Of a stretch of 64,000 nt of DNA, positions 19,957 to 29,293 are shown one piece after another. The DNA comes from Candidatus Micrarchaeota archaeon (lineage in GTDB: Archaea; B1Sed10-29; B47-G15): contig QMVG01000005.1 in the NCBI GenBank assembly GCA_003660975.1, positions 9,963 through 73,962 of the forward strand, in the 5' to 3' direction. How positions within the stretch are numbered: the first letter of the stretch is position 1; every line of letters starts with the position of its first letter. Under the pieces are notes generated by a model, which ran no database searches, was not told the origin of the DNA, and saw only the letters and a program-made list of their open reading frames with translations. Both the position numbers and the translations under genes were made by a program.

Positions 19957-19963
19957 AGGCATC

Positions 19964-19996
19964 ACCTCCTCCACATTTTTTCAAATGTGGGAAGGT
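19964..19996 (-). promoter_or_regulatory. SD-sequestering hairpin in the hsp20 5' UTR
   Basis: Minus strand ACCTTC-CCACATTT-GAAA-AAATGTGG-A-GGAGGT: 14-bp stem with GAAA tetraloop that pairs the SD. Confidence 0.55.
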
Positions 19997-20021
19997 TTTT
20001 CATATAAAATATACAATATAT

Positions 20022-20039
20022 TAAGTGGACATCCACTTA
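20022..20039. promoter_or_regulatory. Palindromic operator candidate adjoining the hsp20 TATA box
   Basis: TAAGTGGA-CA-TCCACTTA perfect 8-bp inverted repeat next to minus-strand CTTTATAT (~20047-20040). Confidence 0.55.
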
Positions 20040-20110
20040 TATAAAGCTTTCGATTTTGATGGGCATTCACTTAAATTGAAAGATTTTTATACTTTGCATT
20101 AGTAAGTTTA

Positions 20111-21388
20111 GTGATGATGAGAGCTATAAGCAAGAAAAGGCTCGACAGAATTGACGACCTTGTTTCTTTTTTGAACCAGCATAAAGATGGGCTTAGATAC
20201 GACCTTCTCAACAACTTTGCAAGGAGGCATGGCGTTTCATACGAAGTGGTTAAGCGAGATGCATTGTTACTTGCCTATGCCACTATACCTTCACATAGGG
20301 GATATAACCTAAAATATGTGCCAAAGGAATACAGAAAAGAGGTTAGATGGCTATGGAAGGAGATTTTTGGGATACGCGGGGGCAAAAAGAAAATGGACAG
20401 AGCAGCTGCGTGGAGAGCCTCTCATGTCTTTCTTGAGCACACTCCTTATATGGATTTAGAGAGGGTTAAAAGGGAGTTTGACTTGAAGCAGATGCTTGGT
20501 GGCGAATTTTACCAAAAAAACATAGATTGGCTGTCCGAAGAGGAAGCGCAGATCCATGAGATGCAGAGGGAGATGGCAAGAGAGTTAAAGAAAATTTCGG
20601 AAGAGAGCAAGGCCGAACTTGAAGAGCATATGGTGAGAAAGTACAGCGATGCTTGGCTAGTAATGGGGCGCAAGATTCACAAGGAACTGGCAGAGCTTAA
20701 GAAAGCAAAGGAGAGGGGTGCTTTCAGAGATGAGATAGAGTACCTACAAGCCATAAAAGACATATGGAGAGCAAACCTATATGAGGTAAAAGCAAGCAAA
20801 GATTATGAAGCATTTAGGACTAATTTGTTAAAAGCTTTGAGAAAGGAGTTCAAGATTCAGCACAAAGCTGTTGTCAAGAAAGGGGCAAATCCAAAAAAAC
20901 AGAGCACACCTCTTTCTTCCCTGTTTTTTAAAGCACTTAGAGAAACGCCTTTTCCCAAAGAAGCCAAATATGATGAAGAAGCTAGAAAAATGTGGCTTAC
21001 AAAACTGAATCAAAATTTTGAGAAACTTAAAAGGCAGTCATTAAAGGAAATTGTGCTAAAGGGAAAAAGCAAGATTGACAGCAGGGAGAGGTTATTTAAG
21101 GATATGAAGTTTATGATGAGAAGGTATAGACCAGGAAAGAAAGGGAACATACCTGTCCACATGTCAGACCAAATAAGAGTGTTGGCTGAAGCGTATGCTG
21201 AAAATCCAAAGAAATTGCTGTCTTCTCTTTCCTCTGTGCCAAAAGACAATTTCTTCAAGCTGATAGTCAAGGAAGGGATGAAAATAAGCGAAGCAGATTA
21301 TTATTATAACAGAGCGATGAGAGTCAGGAGCAGAATTCCTGTAAAGACATTGTTGCCTCGTTCAATAAGAAAAGGTAGAAGGCATTAG
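20111..21388 (+). CDS. Hypothetical basic, helical protein
   Basis: 425-aa ORF with own TATA; K/R-rich termini; no family recognised. Confidence 0.7.
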   Translation: MMMRAISKKRLDRIDDLVSFLNQHKDGLRYDLLNNFARRHGVSYEVVKRDALLLAYATIPSHRGYNLKYVPKEYRKEVRWLWKEIFGIRGGKKKMDRAAAWRASHVFLEHTPYMDLERVKREFDLKQMLGGEFYQKNIDWLSEEEAQIHEMQREMARELKKISEESKAELEEHMVRKYSDAWLVMGRKIHKELAELKKAKERGAFRDEIEYLQAIKDIWRANLYEVKASKDYEAFRTNLLKALRKEFKIQHKAVVKKGANPKKQSTPLSSLFFKALRETPFPKEAKYDEEARKMWLTKLNQNFEKLKRQSLKEIVLKGKSKIDSRERLFKDMKFMMRRYRPGKKGNIPVHMSDQIRVLAEAYAENPKKLLSSLSSVPKDNFFKLIVKEGMKISEADYYYNRAMRVRSRIPVKTLLPRSIRKGRRH

Positions 21389-22014
21389 AATTTTCTAATA
21401 TGCCTGTAAAACTCTTCAAGATTTGGGTAGTAGTAATCTGCATCATCATGATATCTGCCTATAGCAATTGCAGTGAGGCCTGAATTGTGGGCAAATTCTA
21501 TATCCACCTCAGAATCGCCAAGCATTAGAATATTTTTGTTTGGTCTTATCCCAAGGGCATTACAAACCTTTTCTGCTACAATCCTCTTTGGTTTGTGTTC
21601 ATCTTCATTGTAAAAGTCCCTTTCGTATATGTAATCAAAGTATTTCTCAATTTTGAAAAACCTCAAAACATTATGAACGCTTTCTGCGAGAGAGTTGCTT
21701 ACCAATGCCTTTGGTTTCTTAACCCTTCTCAAAAGCTTCAGGGCGCCTGGTGCCAGATATGCATATTTTGGCATTAATTCCTTCTTGGTTTTTACTATCA
21801 CCTCAAAAAGCACAGGTCGCCACACTGTTAAGTAATCTTCGGCAGTTATGGCAAGTTTCTCCAGTCTTTCTTCAACATCATGCCAGTAATTTTGATAGAA
21901 GTGCTCTGGATTTTCCACACCCATCACTTTTAAAAAACGTGTAACTATCTCTTGGTGTATTGGAATCCTCCAAAGCACCAACGTATTGTCCAAATCAAAA
22001 AATATAGCGTCCAT
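21385..22014 (-). CDS. HAD-superfamily hydrolase (phosphoglycolate-phosphatase-like)
   Basis: FFDLDNTL (motif I), VSNS, HKP, LGDSEVD; GGTGA SD before ATG 22014. Confidence 0.85.
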   Translation of the reverse strand: MDAIFFDLDNTLVLWRIPIHQEIVTRFLKVMGVENPEHFYQNYWHDVEERLEKLAITAEDYLTVWRPVLFEVIVKTKKELMPKYAYLAPGALKLLRRVKKPKALVSNSLAESVHNVLRFFKIEKYFDYIYERDFYNEDEHKPKRIVAEKVCNALGIRPNKNILMLGDSEVDIEFAHNSGLTAIAIGRYHDDADYYYPNLEEFYRHIRKF

Positions 22015-22018
22015 ATAA

Positions 22019-22402
22019 TCACCTTTTAGCCTTCTGATGCACTGTTTTGAACAAAAGCCATGCTTTTTCTCCTCCCTTGTCAAATTTCAGAAGAGTATAC
22101 CTTCCTTTCATTCGTTTTCCGTGGAGAATGAAAACAATTTTGTTGCTCTTCTTAGACTCAAGCTCATAACTTCCCTTGTCCCATATCCTAACCTCACCAG
22201 CGCCATAGTGTCCTTCCTCAATACTTCCTTCAAAGTCTGCATAGTCAAGAGAGTGGTCCTCAACCTCTATTGCCAGCCGTTTTATTCCCGGCTCAAGAGG
22301 AGGTTCTTTAGGTATTGCCCATGACTTCAAAACACCTTCCATCTCTAACCTAAAATCCCAGTGCAGATGGCTAGCATGATGTTCTTGAACCACAAATATC
22401 AT
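22019..22402 (-). CDS. Stand-alone LigD-type 3'-phosphoesterase (PE) domain protein
   Basis: FVVQEHHASHLHWDFRLE, SWAIPK, KRLAIEVEDH.LDY..FEG.I..G.YGAG.V.IWD.G. Confidence 0.92.
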   Translation of the reverse strand: MIFVVQEHHASHLHWDFRLEMEGVLKSWAIPKEPPLEPGIKRLAIEVEDHSLDYADFEGSIEEGHYGAGEVRIWDKGSYELESKKSNKIVFILHGKRMKGRYTLLKFDKGGEKAWLLFKTVHQKAKR

Positions 22403-22404
22403 AT

Positions 22405-22914
22405 TCAGGCTCCCAAAAGCTCTGCTATCTTTCTCCCGAAATCCCTGGCAGCGTCAGGACCATTTCCTGTGATTATTTTGCCATCTACCTCAACACCCTT
22501 TCCAGTGTACACAGCACCTAACTCTTCAAGCTTAGACCTAACTGAAGGCCAAGCCGTGACCTTTCTTCCAGAAAGCAGGCCAGCATTTCCCAGTATTACA
22601 GGAGCTATGCAGATAGCTGCAAGCACTTTGCCTGTTTCGTGGGCCTTTCTGGCAATCTCCAGGGCTTCTTTGTCTGTAAAGTACTGGGCAGCTCCTGGAC
22701 CTCCCACAAAAACAACTGCATCATAATCATCTACCTGCAGTTCTGAAAGTTCAAATTCCGCCTCTGCCTTTGCCCCTAATTTACCTGTTCTTATGCCTCT
22801 TTGCTTTGAGGCTATTTTGACAGAAAAGCCGGCCTTTTCCAGTTCCTCTTTTGTGTGGAAAAGCTCTTCGTCCCTAAAGTTTTCAGGAGCTATAATCATC
22901 AGCACAGTTTTCAT
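22405..22914 (-). CDS. DJ-1/PfpI family protein
   Basis: FRDEE, VGGPGA, AAICIAP (catalytic Cys), ITGNGP. Confidence 0.9.
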   Translation of the reverse strand: MKTVLMIIAPENFRDEELFHTKEELEKAGFSVKIASKQRGIRTGKLGAKAEAEFELSELQVDDYDAVVFVGGPGAAQYFTDKEALEIARKAHETGKVLAAICIAPVILGNAGLLSGRKVTAWPSVRSKLEELGAVYTGKGVEVDGKIITGNGPDAARDFGRKIAELLGA

Positions 22915-23627
22915 TTCATCACCCCTAACAGTTCAGAAAACTTTTTGGCATTGCTCGTAGCGTGTGCATAAGCATCATTATTGAAATAAACATATACATC
23001 TCCGTTGAAATATTTTATCTTCTTTGCCCAAGCTTTTAACTCCTCATCGCTGTAGTGGTAGTCATACCATCTAGTCCTGCCATGAAATCTTATATATGCA
23101 AAGCTTGCAGTTGTCCTAAAGCTCTCTGGGAGTTTAGGTGCACTCACATTGCAAAAGGCAATGTTCCTTTTAGATAAGCTTGAATATGTCTTTTCATTGA
23201 ACCAAGAGGAATGCCTGAACTCAATTACATTTTTAAATTTGTTATCCATTTGCCTTAGAATGTGCTTTAATTTTTCCTCATCAAATTTCATTGACGGAGG
23301 CAATTGGAATAAAACACAGCCAAGTTTTTCCTCTAGTTTGGATGCAAGCTGATAAAACTGGGAGATATCATCATCAGTGTTATTGAATCTCTTCCTATGC
23401 GTTATCAATCTCGGTACCTTCAAGCTTATCTTAAATCCAATGGGCGTTCTGTTATGCCAAGATGCAATCGTTTTCTCCGATGGCCAGTGGTAGAATGTTG
23501 AATTTATCTCAACAGTGTTAAAATGCTTGGCATAATATTCAAGCCACAGCTTTTTTGGAATCTCTCTCGGATAGAATAGCTCGCTCCAATGCTCATACTG
23601 CCAACCAGAACAGCCCACATAAAACAT
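22911..23627 (-). CDS. DUF72 (UPF0759) family protein
   Basis: VGCSGWQY.HW, VEINSTFY, LFQLPPS, EFRH.SW, YIRFHGR, YFNND. Confidence 0.9.
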   Translation of the reverse strand: MFYVGCSGWQYEHWSELFYPREIPKKLWLEYYAKHFNTVEINSTFYHWPSEKTIASWHNRTPIGFKISLKVPRLITHRKRFNNTDDDISQFYQLASKLEEKLGCVLFQLPPSMKFDEEKLKHILRQMDNKFKNVIEFRHSSWFNEKTYSSLSKRNIAFCNVSAPKLPESFRTTASFAYIRFHGRTRWYDYHYSDEELKAWAKKIKYFNGDVYVYFNNDAYAHATSNAKKFSELLGVMK

Positions 23628-23663
23628 GTGTAAAATTAGCACATTTTTATTTAATAACGATTT

Positions 23664-23996
23664 TTATTTATTTTTGATTCTATCTCTCTTTTCAATTTCC
23701 CTTACTAAAAGTTCTATCTCCCTCTTCCTGAGATTTATAGCAAAAGCCCTATCCATAGGATTTTTAACCTTTTTTGCTTCTTCAAGAAGTTCTTGGGCTA
23801 TTTTCAAGCGCTCTATTATTACCTCTGTTGGAACGCCTTTCCACCTCTTAGGAAACTCTTTCTCCAGGTTTTTCATTTGCTTTTCAAAAAGAGCTCTTTT
23901 TATCTCCATGGGATGATCCAATCTCTCCTCTTTTGCTTTCTCTTCCTTTCTCTTTTTTCTTTCTTCCAAAATTCTCTGTAGCGCTTTTTTTACCAT
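23664..23996 (-). CDS. Hypothetical basic coiled-coil protein
   Basis: K/R/E-rich 110-aa ORF with upstream TATA. Confidence 0.55.
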   Translation of the reverse strand: MVKKALQRILEERKKRKEEKAKEERLDHPMEIKRALFEKQMKNLEKEFPKRWKGVPTEVIIERLKIAQELLEEAKKVKNPMDRAFAINLRKREIELLVREIEKRDRIKNK

Positions 23997-24094
23997 AAGG
24001 TAAATGAAGCAGGGTTTCTTTAAAAACTTTGCCTATATCAAAAGATTTATTAAAAGGCTCGACTAAAAATATTTGGAGGTGCTGGAGATGAAAG

Positions 24095-24385
24095 GTGCTT
24101 CACTTTGCCTCAAAGATTCTAAGGTTTATTGATGACTCAGGAAGCGCTAGCACTTCAGAAATAGCTCGTTCTATAAATGCCTCTGAGCGCAGTGTTAGGT
24201 ATCACCTCAGTAAAATGAGGAAAAAAGGGCTGCTTGTTGAAGATATTAATTTAAATGACATGAGAATCAAAAGATATAAACGGTGTAATGCTCTAAAATA
24301 TCTGTTTGTCGGGTTGGCAGAGTGGTTATGCATCCGGCTGCAGACCGGAAGACGCGGGTTCGAATCCCGCGCCCGACTTAATTGA
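24095..24385 (+). CDS. Winged-HTH transcriptional regulator (3' end overlaps tRNA-Cys)
   Basis: IL......STSEIARSINASERSVRYHLSKMRKKGLL...D.R.KRY wHTH pattern. Confidence 0.65.
   Translation: MLHFASKILRFIDDSGSASTSEIARSINASERSVRYHLSKMRKKGLLVEDINLNDMRIKRYKRCNALKYLFVGLAEWLCIRLQTGRRGFESRARLN
24308..24378 (+). tRNA. tRNA-Cys (GCA)
   Basis: Acceptor GTCGGGT/GCCCGAC, anticodon arm TCCGG-CTGCAGA-CCGGA, GCGGG-TTCGAAT-CCCGC T-arm, U73 discriminator; CCA not encoded. Confidence 0.95.
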
Positions 24386-24395
24386 GGGTGAGTTA

Positions 24396-25799
24396 ATGTC
24401 AATAAAGGTTTTTAACACGCTAGGAAAAAAACTAGAGAGCTTTAAGCCTCTAAACGATAAAAAAGTTAAACTATTTGTATGTGGTCCAACAGTTTATGAC
24501 TATTCCCATATAGGCCATGCCAAAACATATATTGCATTTGATGTCATTGTAAGATATCTCAGATACAGGGGCTATGAAGTAGAGTACATCCAAAATATAA
24601 CAGACATAGATGACAAAATCATAAAAAGAGCTCAAGAAGAGGGAGAGAACTCATTAGAGCTATCTGAAAGGTTCACAAAAGAGTACTTTAAAGACATGGA
24701 AGCTATTTATGTTGACAGTGTCAGCAAGTATGTTAAGGCCACTGAAGTTATTGATGAGATAATTAAACAGGCAAAAGCACTCGTAGACAAAGGCATAGCG
24801 TATGTTTCAAATGGAAGCGTTTATTTTAGCATATCTAAGTTCCCTGATTATGGGAAATTATCAGGAAGAAAGCCAGACAAGGAAAAAGCAAAATCAAGGT
24901 TGGAGGAAGACCCAAATAAAAAAGACCCTCTTGATTTCGTGATATGGAAAGCAGCCAAGGAAGGAGAGCCCTCCTGGAAGTCACCATGGGGGGAGGGAAG
25001 ACCTGGTTGGCACATTGAAGATACTGCCATAAGCATATCAAATTTTGGGGAGCAATATGACGTTCACGGCGGCGGAGAGGATTTAATATTTCCTCATCAT
25101 GAGGCAGAGATTGCAATAGCAGAATCATACACAGGGAAAAAACCTTTTGTAAAATACTGGCTACACAGCTCCTTTTTAAGAGTTGAAGGAAGAAAGATGT
25201 CAAAATCTCTGGGAAATTTTATAACCATAAGGGACGCTGTTAAAAAGCACGGGGGCAGGGTTCTCAAATTTTATTTCGCCTCTGTTCCTTATTACAGGCC
25301 TATCGATTACTCTGACAAGCACATAGAAGCTGCAAAAAAATCTCTGGAAAAAATTGACAACCTGGTTGAAAACCTTATGTTCATTCACGAGAAAGGCAAC
25401 ATCGATAATGACAGCTTTGAGCTTGACTTAGCAGCTTACAGAGAAGCTTTTGTGAAATGCATGGACAACAATTTCAACACGGCAGAAGCAGTTGCTGTAT
25501 TATTTGACTTGGTGAGGACAGTTAACCAGGCAGTTACTGACAAAAAGCTTAGGAATAAGGAAAAGGCAAAAGCAATTCTAGATTTGTTAAAGGAATGGGA
25601 AAAGGTTTTAGGCTTTCCTATTGTGATCAAGAAAAAGGAGAAAGTGCCAGATGAAGTAATGAAGCTCATTAAGGAAAGAGAGGAAGCGAGAAGGAAAAAA
25701 GATTGGGAGAAGGCAGACAGGATAAGGGAAAAAATCAAGTCAATGGGTTGGTATGTAGAGGACACAGTAGAAGGGCCAAAACCAAGGAGGATAAAGTGA
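24396..25799 (+). CDS. cysS: Cysteinyl-tRNA synthetase
   Basis: CGPTVYD, HIGH, GRPGWHIE, DLIFPHHE, KMSKS; start ATG 24396 after GAGGGTGA. Confidence 0.96.
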   Translation: MSIKVFNTLGKKLESFKPLNDKKVKLFVCGPTVYDYSHIGHAKTYIAFDVIVRYLRYRGYEVEYIQNITDIDDKIIKRAQEEGENSLELSERFTKEYFKDMEAIYVDSVSKYVKATEVIDEIIKQAKALVDKGIAYVSNGSVYFSISKFPDYGKLSGRKPDKEKAKSRLEEDPNKKDPLDFVIWKAAKEGEPSWKSPWGEGRPGWHIEDTAISISNFGEQYDVHGGGEDLIFPHHEAEIAIAESYTGKKPFVKYWLHSSFLRVEGRKMSKSLGNFITIRDAVKKHGGRVLKFYFASVPYYRPIDYSDKHIEAAKKSLEKIDNLVENLMFIHEKGNIDNDSFELDLAAYREAFVKCMDNNFNTAEAVAVLFDLVRTVNQAVTDKKLRNKEKAKAILDLLKEWEKVLGFPIVIKKKEKVPDEVMKLIKEREEARRKKDWEKADRIREKIKSMGWYVEDTVEGPKPRRIK

Positions 25800-26395
25800 T
25801 GGATATACACTTCATTCCGGGCAATCTAAATTCCTCAAATTCAATTCTTGTTGGCAATGTCCTAATAGACCCGGGCATAGAAGAAGATAGAAGCATTGTT
25901 GAGGCATTGAAAAGGCTTGGATATGAGAAAAGAGATATTGAAAGAATAATACTCACGCATGCACATTATGACCACAGCTCAGCAGCAAGGCTCTTTGATT
26001 GTCCAACATATGCTTTTGGTGCAGACGCCACAGCTCTTAAAAAAGGAGATGATGATTATACTCTTTCCAAGTTTTTTGGAGATTCACTGCGCATTGAAAA
26101 CATAAGAACTCTTAAGGATGACCAGCTTTTTAACGGGCTGAAAATAATATCAACACCAGGCCATACAGATGGAAGTATATGCTTACACTATGAGGATTAT
26201 CTCATAAGTGGAGACACTGTCTTTGCTTACGGCATTGGCAGGTATGACCTGCCTGGTGGTTCTCTGGAGAACTTGACCCTATCTCTGAAAAAACTCAGCC
26301 AGCTAAATTTTGAGGTCCTACTTCCTGGCCATGGTCCTATTGGAAACAAAGACAGCGTAATGGATGCTTTAAGGCAGATAGATGCATTTTACTGA
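25796..26395 (+). CDS. Metallo-beta-lactamase-fold hydrolase
   Basis: THAHYDH, TPGHT.GS, SGD, PGHG. Confidence 0.88.
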   Translation: MMDIHFIPGNLNSSNSILVGNVLIDPGIEEDRSIVEALKRLGYEKRDIERIILTHAHYDHSSAARLFDCPTYAFGADATALKKGDDDYTLSKFFGDSLRIENIRTLKDDQLFNGLKIISTPGHTDGSICLHYEDYLISGDTVFAYGIGRYDLPGGSLENLTLSLKKLSQLNFEVLLPGHGPIGNKDSVMDALRQIDAFY

Positions 26396-29289
26396 TTTTG
26401 TATCTTTTCTATTTCAATGCTAATCTCTTCTCCTCCTATCTGCCATTTTTTGCCTTTATTCTTTTCAAAGCGAATTTCTTTAGAGTTGCTAACTCTTTTA
26501 ATTTGTTCAATATCTAATACCTTCTTGAAATCCTCACTACAGTCAATAAATGTTATTATCTCATCTTTTTCAATCAAACCTGCCTCCTTCCGCAGCTGCT
26601 GTATTCTTCTGAGCAGCTCCCTGTTTATGCCCATCTTCCTTAATTCCTCATCTATCTCTACATTGAGGTACAGAGAAAAATCATTGCTTTCAACCCTGAT
26701 ATAATTGTCACCAAGAGGAGGGCTATCAACAAAAGACAAGGATAAGACATTAAGCTGTTTTGCTATCAAATCAGAAAAAACACTCGGCTCTTCTTTCATT
26801 ACTACAATTGCCTCTCTGAGGGCCTGTCTTAGATTGATGCCTGCCAAATTCCTGGCACTCAAACCAGCCTCTATTATATTCAAGGCCTTTTGCATTGACT
26901 CTTCAATTTCATTGTCTATCTTCTTTTCATCAGCTATTGGCCAATTTTCTAAATGGACGCTTTTCTTAGAACCATCAACATGCAAGTATATCTCTTCACT
27001 AACAAAAGGGCATATTGGAGCCATAAGTTTTGATATTTCAGACAGCACATAAAACAAAGTGTTGAACACTGCAGTATCATTATCCTTGTTCCTTATCCTG
27101 TCCCTTATGAATTTTATATAATTTCTTGACAAGTCGTTTACTATAAAATCTCTCAACAACCTGGCTGGCTCATTTACATCTAAATTCTCGTAAGCCTGGC
27201 TAATCTTTTTCTTCATGTTTTCTAATTTAGAGATTATCCACTTATCTTCTGAATAAAGCTTTCTGGCTTTTTCTCCAGTGTACCCATTCACCAAAGAGAA
27301 TCTCATAGCATAGGAGTATGAATTCCACAAGGTGTTCAGCGCAGCCTTTGTTGTTTTTAGAGCCTCTGGGTCAAAGCGAGTGTCCTCCCATGGATTGGTA
27401 GACCAGAGCAAATACCATCTGAAGACATCGGCACCAAATTGCTTTATTACATCCATTGGATGAATTACATTCCCTTTGCTCTTGCTCATTTTTTCTCCTT
27501 TTGGGTCAAGAATCAATCCATTTACCAACACGTTCAGATAAGGCGTCCGTTCAAAAACAGTAACAGATTCCACCATTAATGTATAGAACCATCCTCTTGT
27601 CTGATCTACTGCTTCTGTAATAAAGTCAATGGGGAACCACCTTTCAAACTCTTTGTTCTCAGGGTAGCCAAATGAAGCCCAGGTGGCAGCTCCCGAGTCA
27701 AACCAAACATCCGTTACGTCTTTTACCCTGTGCATTGTTTTTCCACATTTTGGGCATTTCATCGTTATCCTGTCAATATACGGCCTGTGAAGGTCCATTC
27801 CTTCCTCATAACCATCGGCTTTTTCTTTAAGTTCTTCTATGGAACTTATAACCTCAAAGTGACCACATTCGCACTCCCATATAGGTAAAGGAATCCCCCA
27901 GTATTTTTGGTGGGATATGCACCAATCTCTTGCATTTTCCAGCCACTCTTTAAACCTCTTATGTCCAGCCCAGTCAGGCACCCACCTGACTTTTTCGTTT
28001 TCTTTTAACATTTTTTCTTTTATTGGTGCTATCCTTATGAACCACTGCGGACTTGCCCTAAATATAAGCTTGCTCTTACATCGCCAGCAGTGGGGGTACC
28101 TATGAACTACTTTTTCCGTATGGATTAAAGAGCCTTCCTTTTTTAAGTCCTCGATTATTATCTCATTAGCGTCAAAGACATAAAGACCTTTGTATTTTCC
28201 TGCTTCCTCTGTAAAAATTCCCTCTTCATCAACAGGGCAGAGAATCTCCAGACCGTACTTCAAACCTGTTTCATAGTCTTCAGGCCCATGCCCGGGAGCA
28301 GTGTGCACTAAGCCAGTGCCCTCCTCTGTAGTTATATAATCATCCAACACTATTGGATAGAGTTTTCCTTTGTGGTACGGGCATGACTTCTCCATTATAT
28401 GAATATATTTCATTCCTTCCATTTCCTTTCCAGACAGGACCTTAGTTACCAGATAATCATCAATATGGAATTTTGCCATAAGCTTGTCTACGAGAGGCTC
28501 TGCTATTATCCATGTTTCTTCTTTTCCTTGCCATTTCAGTTCAACCCATGAGTAATTGAACTTTGGATGAACAGTTATCGCCACATTCCCGGGCAAGGTC
28601 CAGGGGGTTGTGGTCCACACAAGGAAGAAAGTGTTTTCTTCATCTGCTTTTTTGAATTTCAAATAAATGCTCGTGTCTTCGACTTCTCTGTATTCTTGAC
28701 TAGCCTCATGGGCGCTTAAACTCGTCCCACACTTTGGACACCAAGGCACACTCTTTTTGCCTTTGTAAATCATATTCTTTTCCTTGGCGTGCTTAAAAAA
28801 CAGCCATGACGATGAGATATATTCATTTTTGTAGGTCAGGTATGGATTGTCAAGGCTCCACGTAGCCATGCTCCCAAAAGCTTCATAAAAGCTTTTCCAA
28901 TCTTCAAAAGATGAGAGAGCATGTTCCCTACAGGCTTTGTTGAATTTGTCTATGCCATATCTCTCGATATCTTCGTTGCTTTTCAAACCTAATTTTTGCT
29001 GTACAATGACTTCAACAGGGAGGCCATGCGTGTCAAAACCTGGCTGGGCCCAAACATCAAATCCATTCATTTGCTTATATTTAAGAAATACTTCCCTCAA
29101 TGTCCTTGTCAGAGCATGACCTATGTGGGGAGGAGCGTTGGCATAAGGCGGACCGTCAAGATAGTAGAACTTTTGCTTGCCTCTGTTTTTTTGTTTTATC
29201 CTCTCTACTAGCTTTATCCCTTTCCAATATTCATTTAGCTCTTTCTCTAATTTCTCGTGGTCAAAACTCTTTGGCATCTCGATTTGCAT
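26389..29289 (-). CDS. ileS: Isoleucyl-tRNA synthetase
   Basis: DGPPYAN..HIGH, GFDTHGLP, WTTTPWTLP, GTGLVHTAPGHG, DQTRGWFY, KMSKS. Confidence 0.95.
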   Translation of the reverse strand: MQIEMPKSFDHEKLEKELNEYWKGIKLVERIKQKNRGKQKFYYLDGPPYANAPPHIGHALTRTLREVFLKYKQMNGFDVWAQPGFDTHGLPVEVIVQQKLGLKSNEDIERYGIDKFNKACREHALSSFEDWKSFYEAFGSMATWSLDNPYLTYKNEYISSSWLFFKHAKEKNMIYKGKKSVPWCPKCGTSLSAHEASQEYREVEDTSIYLKFKKADEENTFFLVWTTTPWTLPGNVAITVHPKFNYSWVELKWQGKEETWIIAEPLVDKLMAKFHIDDYLVTKVLSGKEMEGMKYIHIMEKSCPYHKGKLYPIVLDDYITTEEGTGLVHTAPGHGPEDYETGLKYGLEILCPVDEEGIFTEEAGKYKGLYVFDANEIIIEDLKKEGSLIHTEKVVHRYPHCWRCKSKLIFRASPQWFIRIAPIKEKMLKENEKVRWVPDWAGHKRFKEWLENARDWCISHQKYWGIPLPIWECECGHFEVISSIEELKEKADGYEEGMDLHRPYIDRITMKCPKCGKTMHRVKDVTDVWFDSGAATWASFGYPENKEFERWFPIDFITEAVDQTRGWFYTLMVESVTVFERTPYLNVLVNGLILDPKGEKMSKSKGNVIHPMDVIKQFGADVFRWYLLWSTNPWEDTRFDPEALKTTKAALNTLWNSYSYAMRFSLVNGYTGEKARKLYSEDKWIISKLENMKKKISQAYENLDVNEPARLLRDFIVNDLSRNYIKFIRDRIRNKDNDTAVFNTLFYVLSEISKLMAPICPFVSEEIYLHVDGSKKSVHLENWPIADEKKIDNEIEESMQKALNIIEAGLSARNLAGINLRQALREAIVVMKEEPSVFSDLIAKQLNVLSLSFVDSPPLGDNYIRVESNDFSLYLNVEIDEELRKMGINRELLRRIQQLRKEAGLIEKDEIITFIDCSEDFKKVLDIEQIKRVSNSKEIRFEKNKGKKWQIGGEEISIEIEKIQNQ

Positions 29290-29293
29290 AGCA

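Noticed and set aside
24306-24395. N-terminal extension of CysRS in the ORF track
   Set aside because: It is the tRNA-Cys sequence read in frame; the real start is ATG 24396 with an SD
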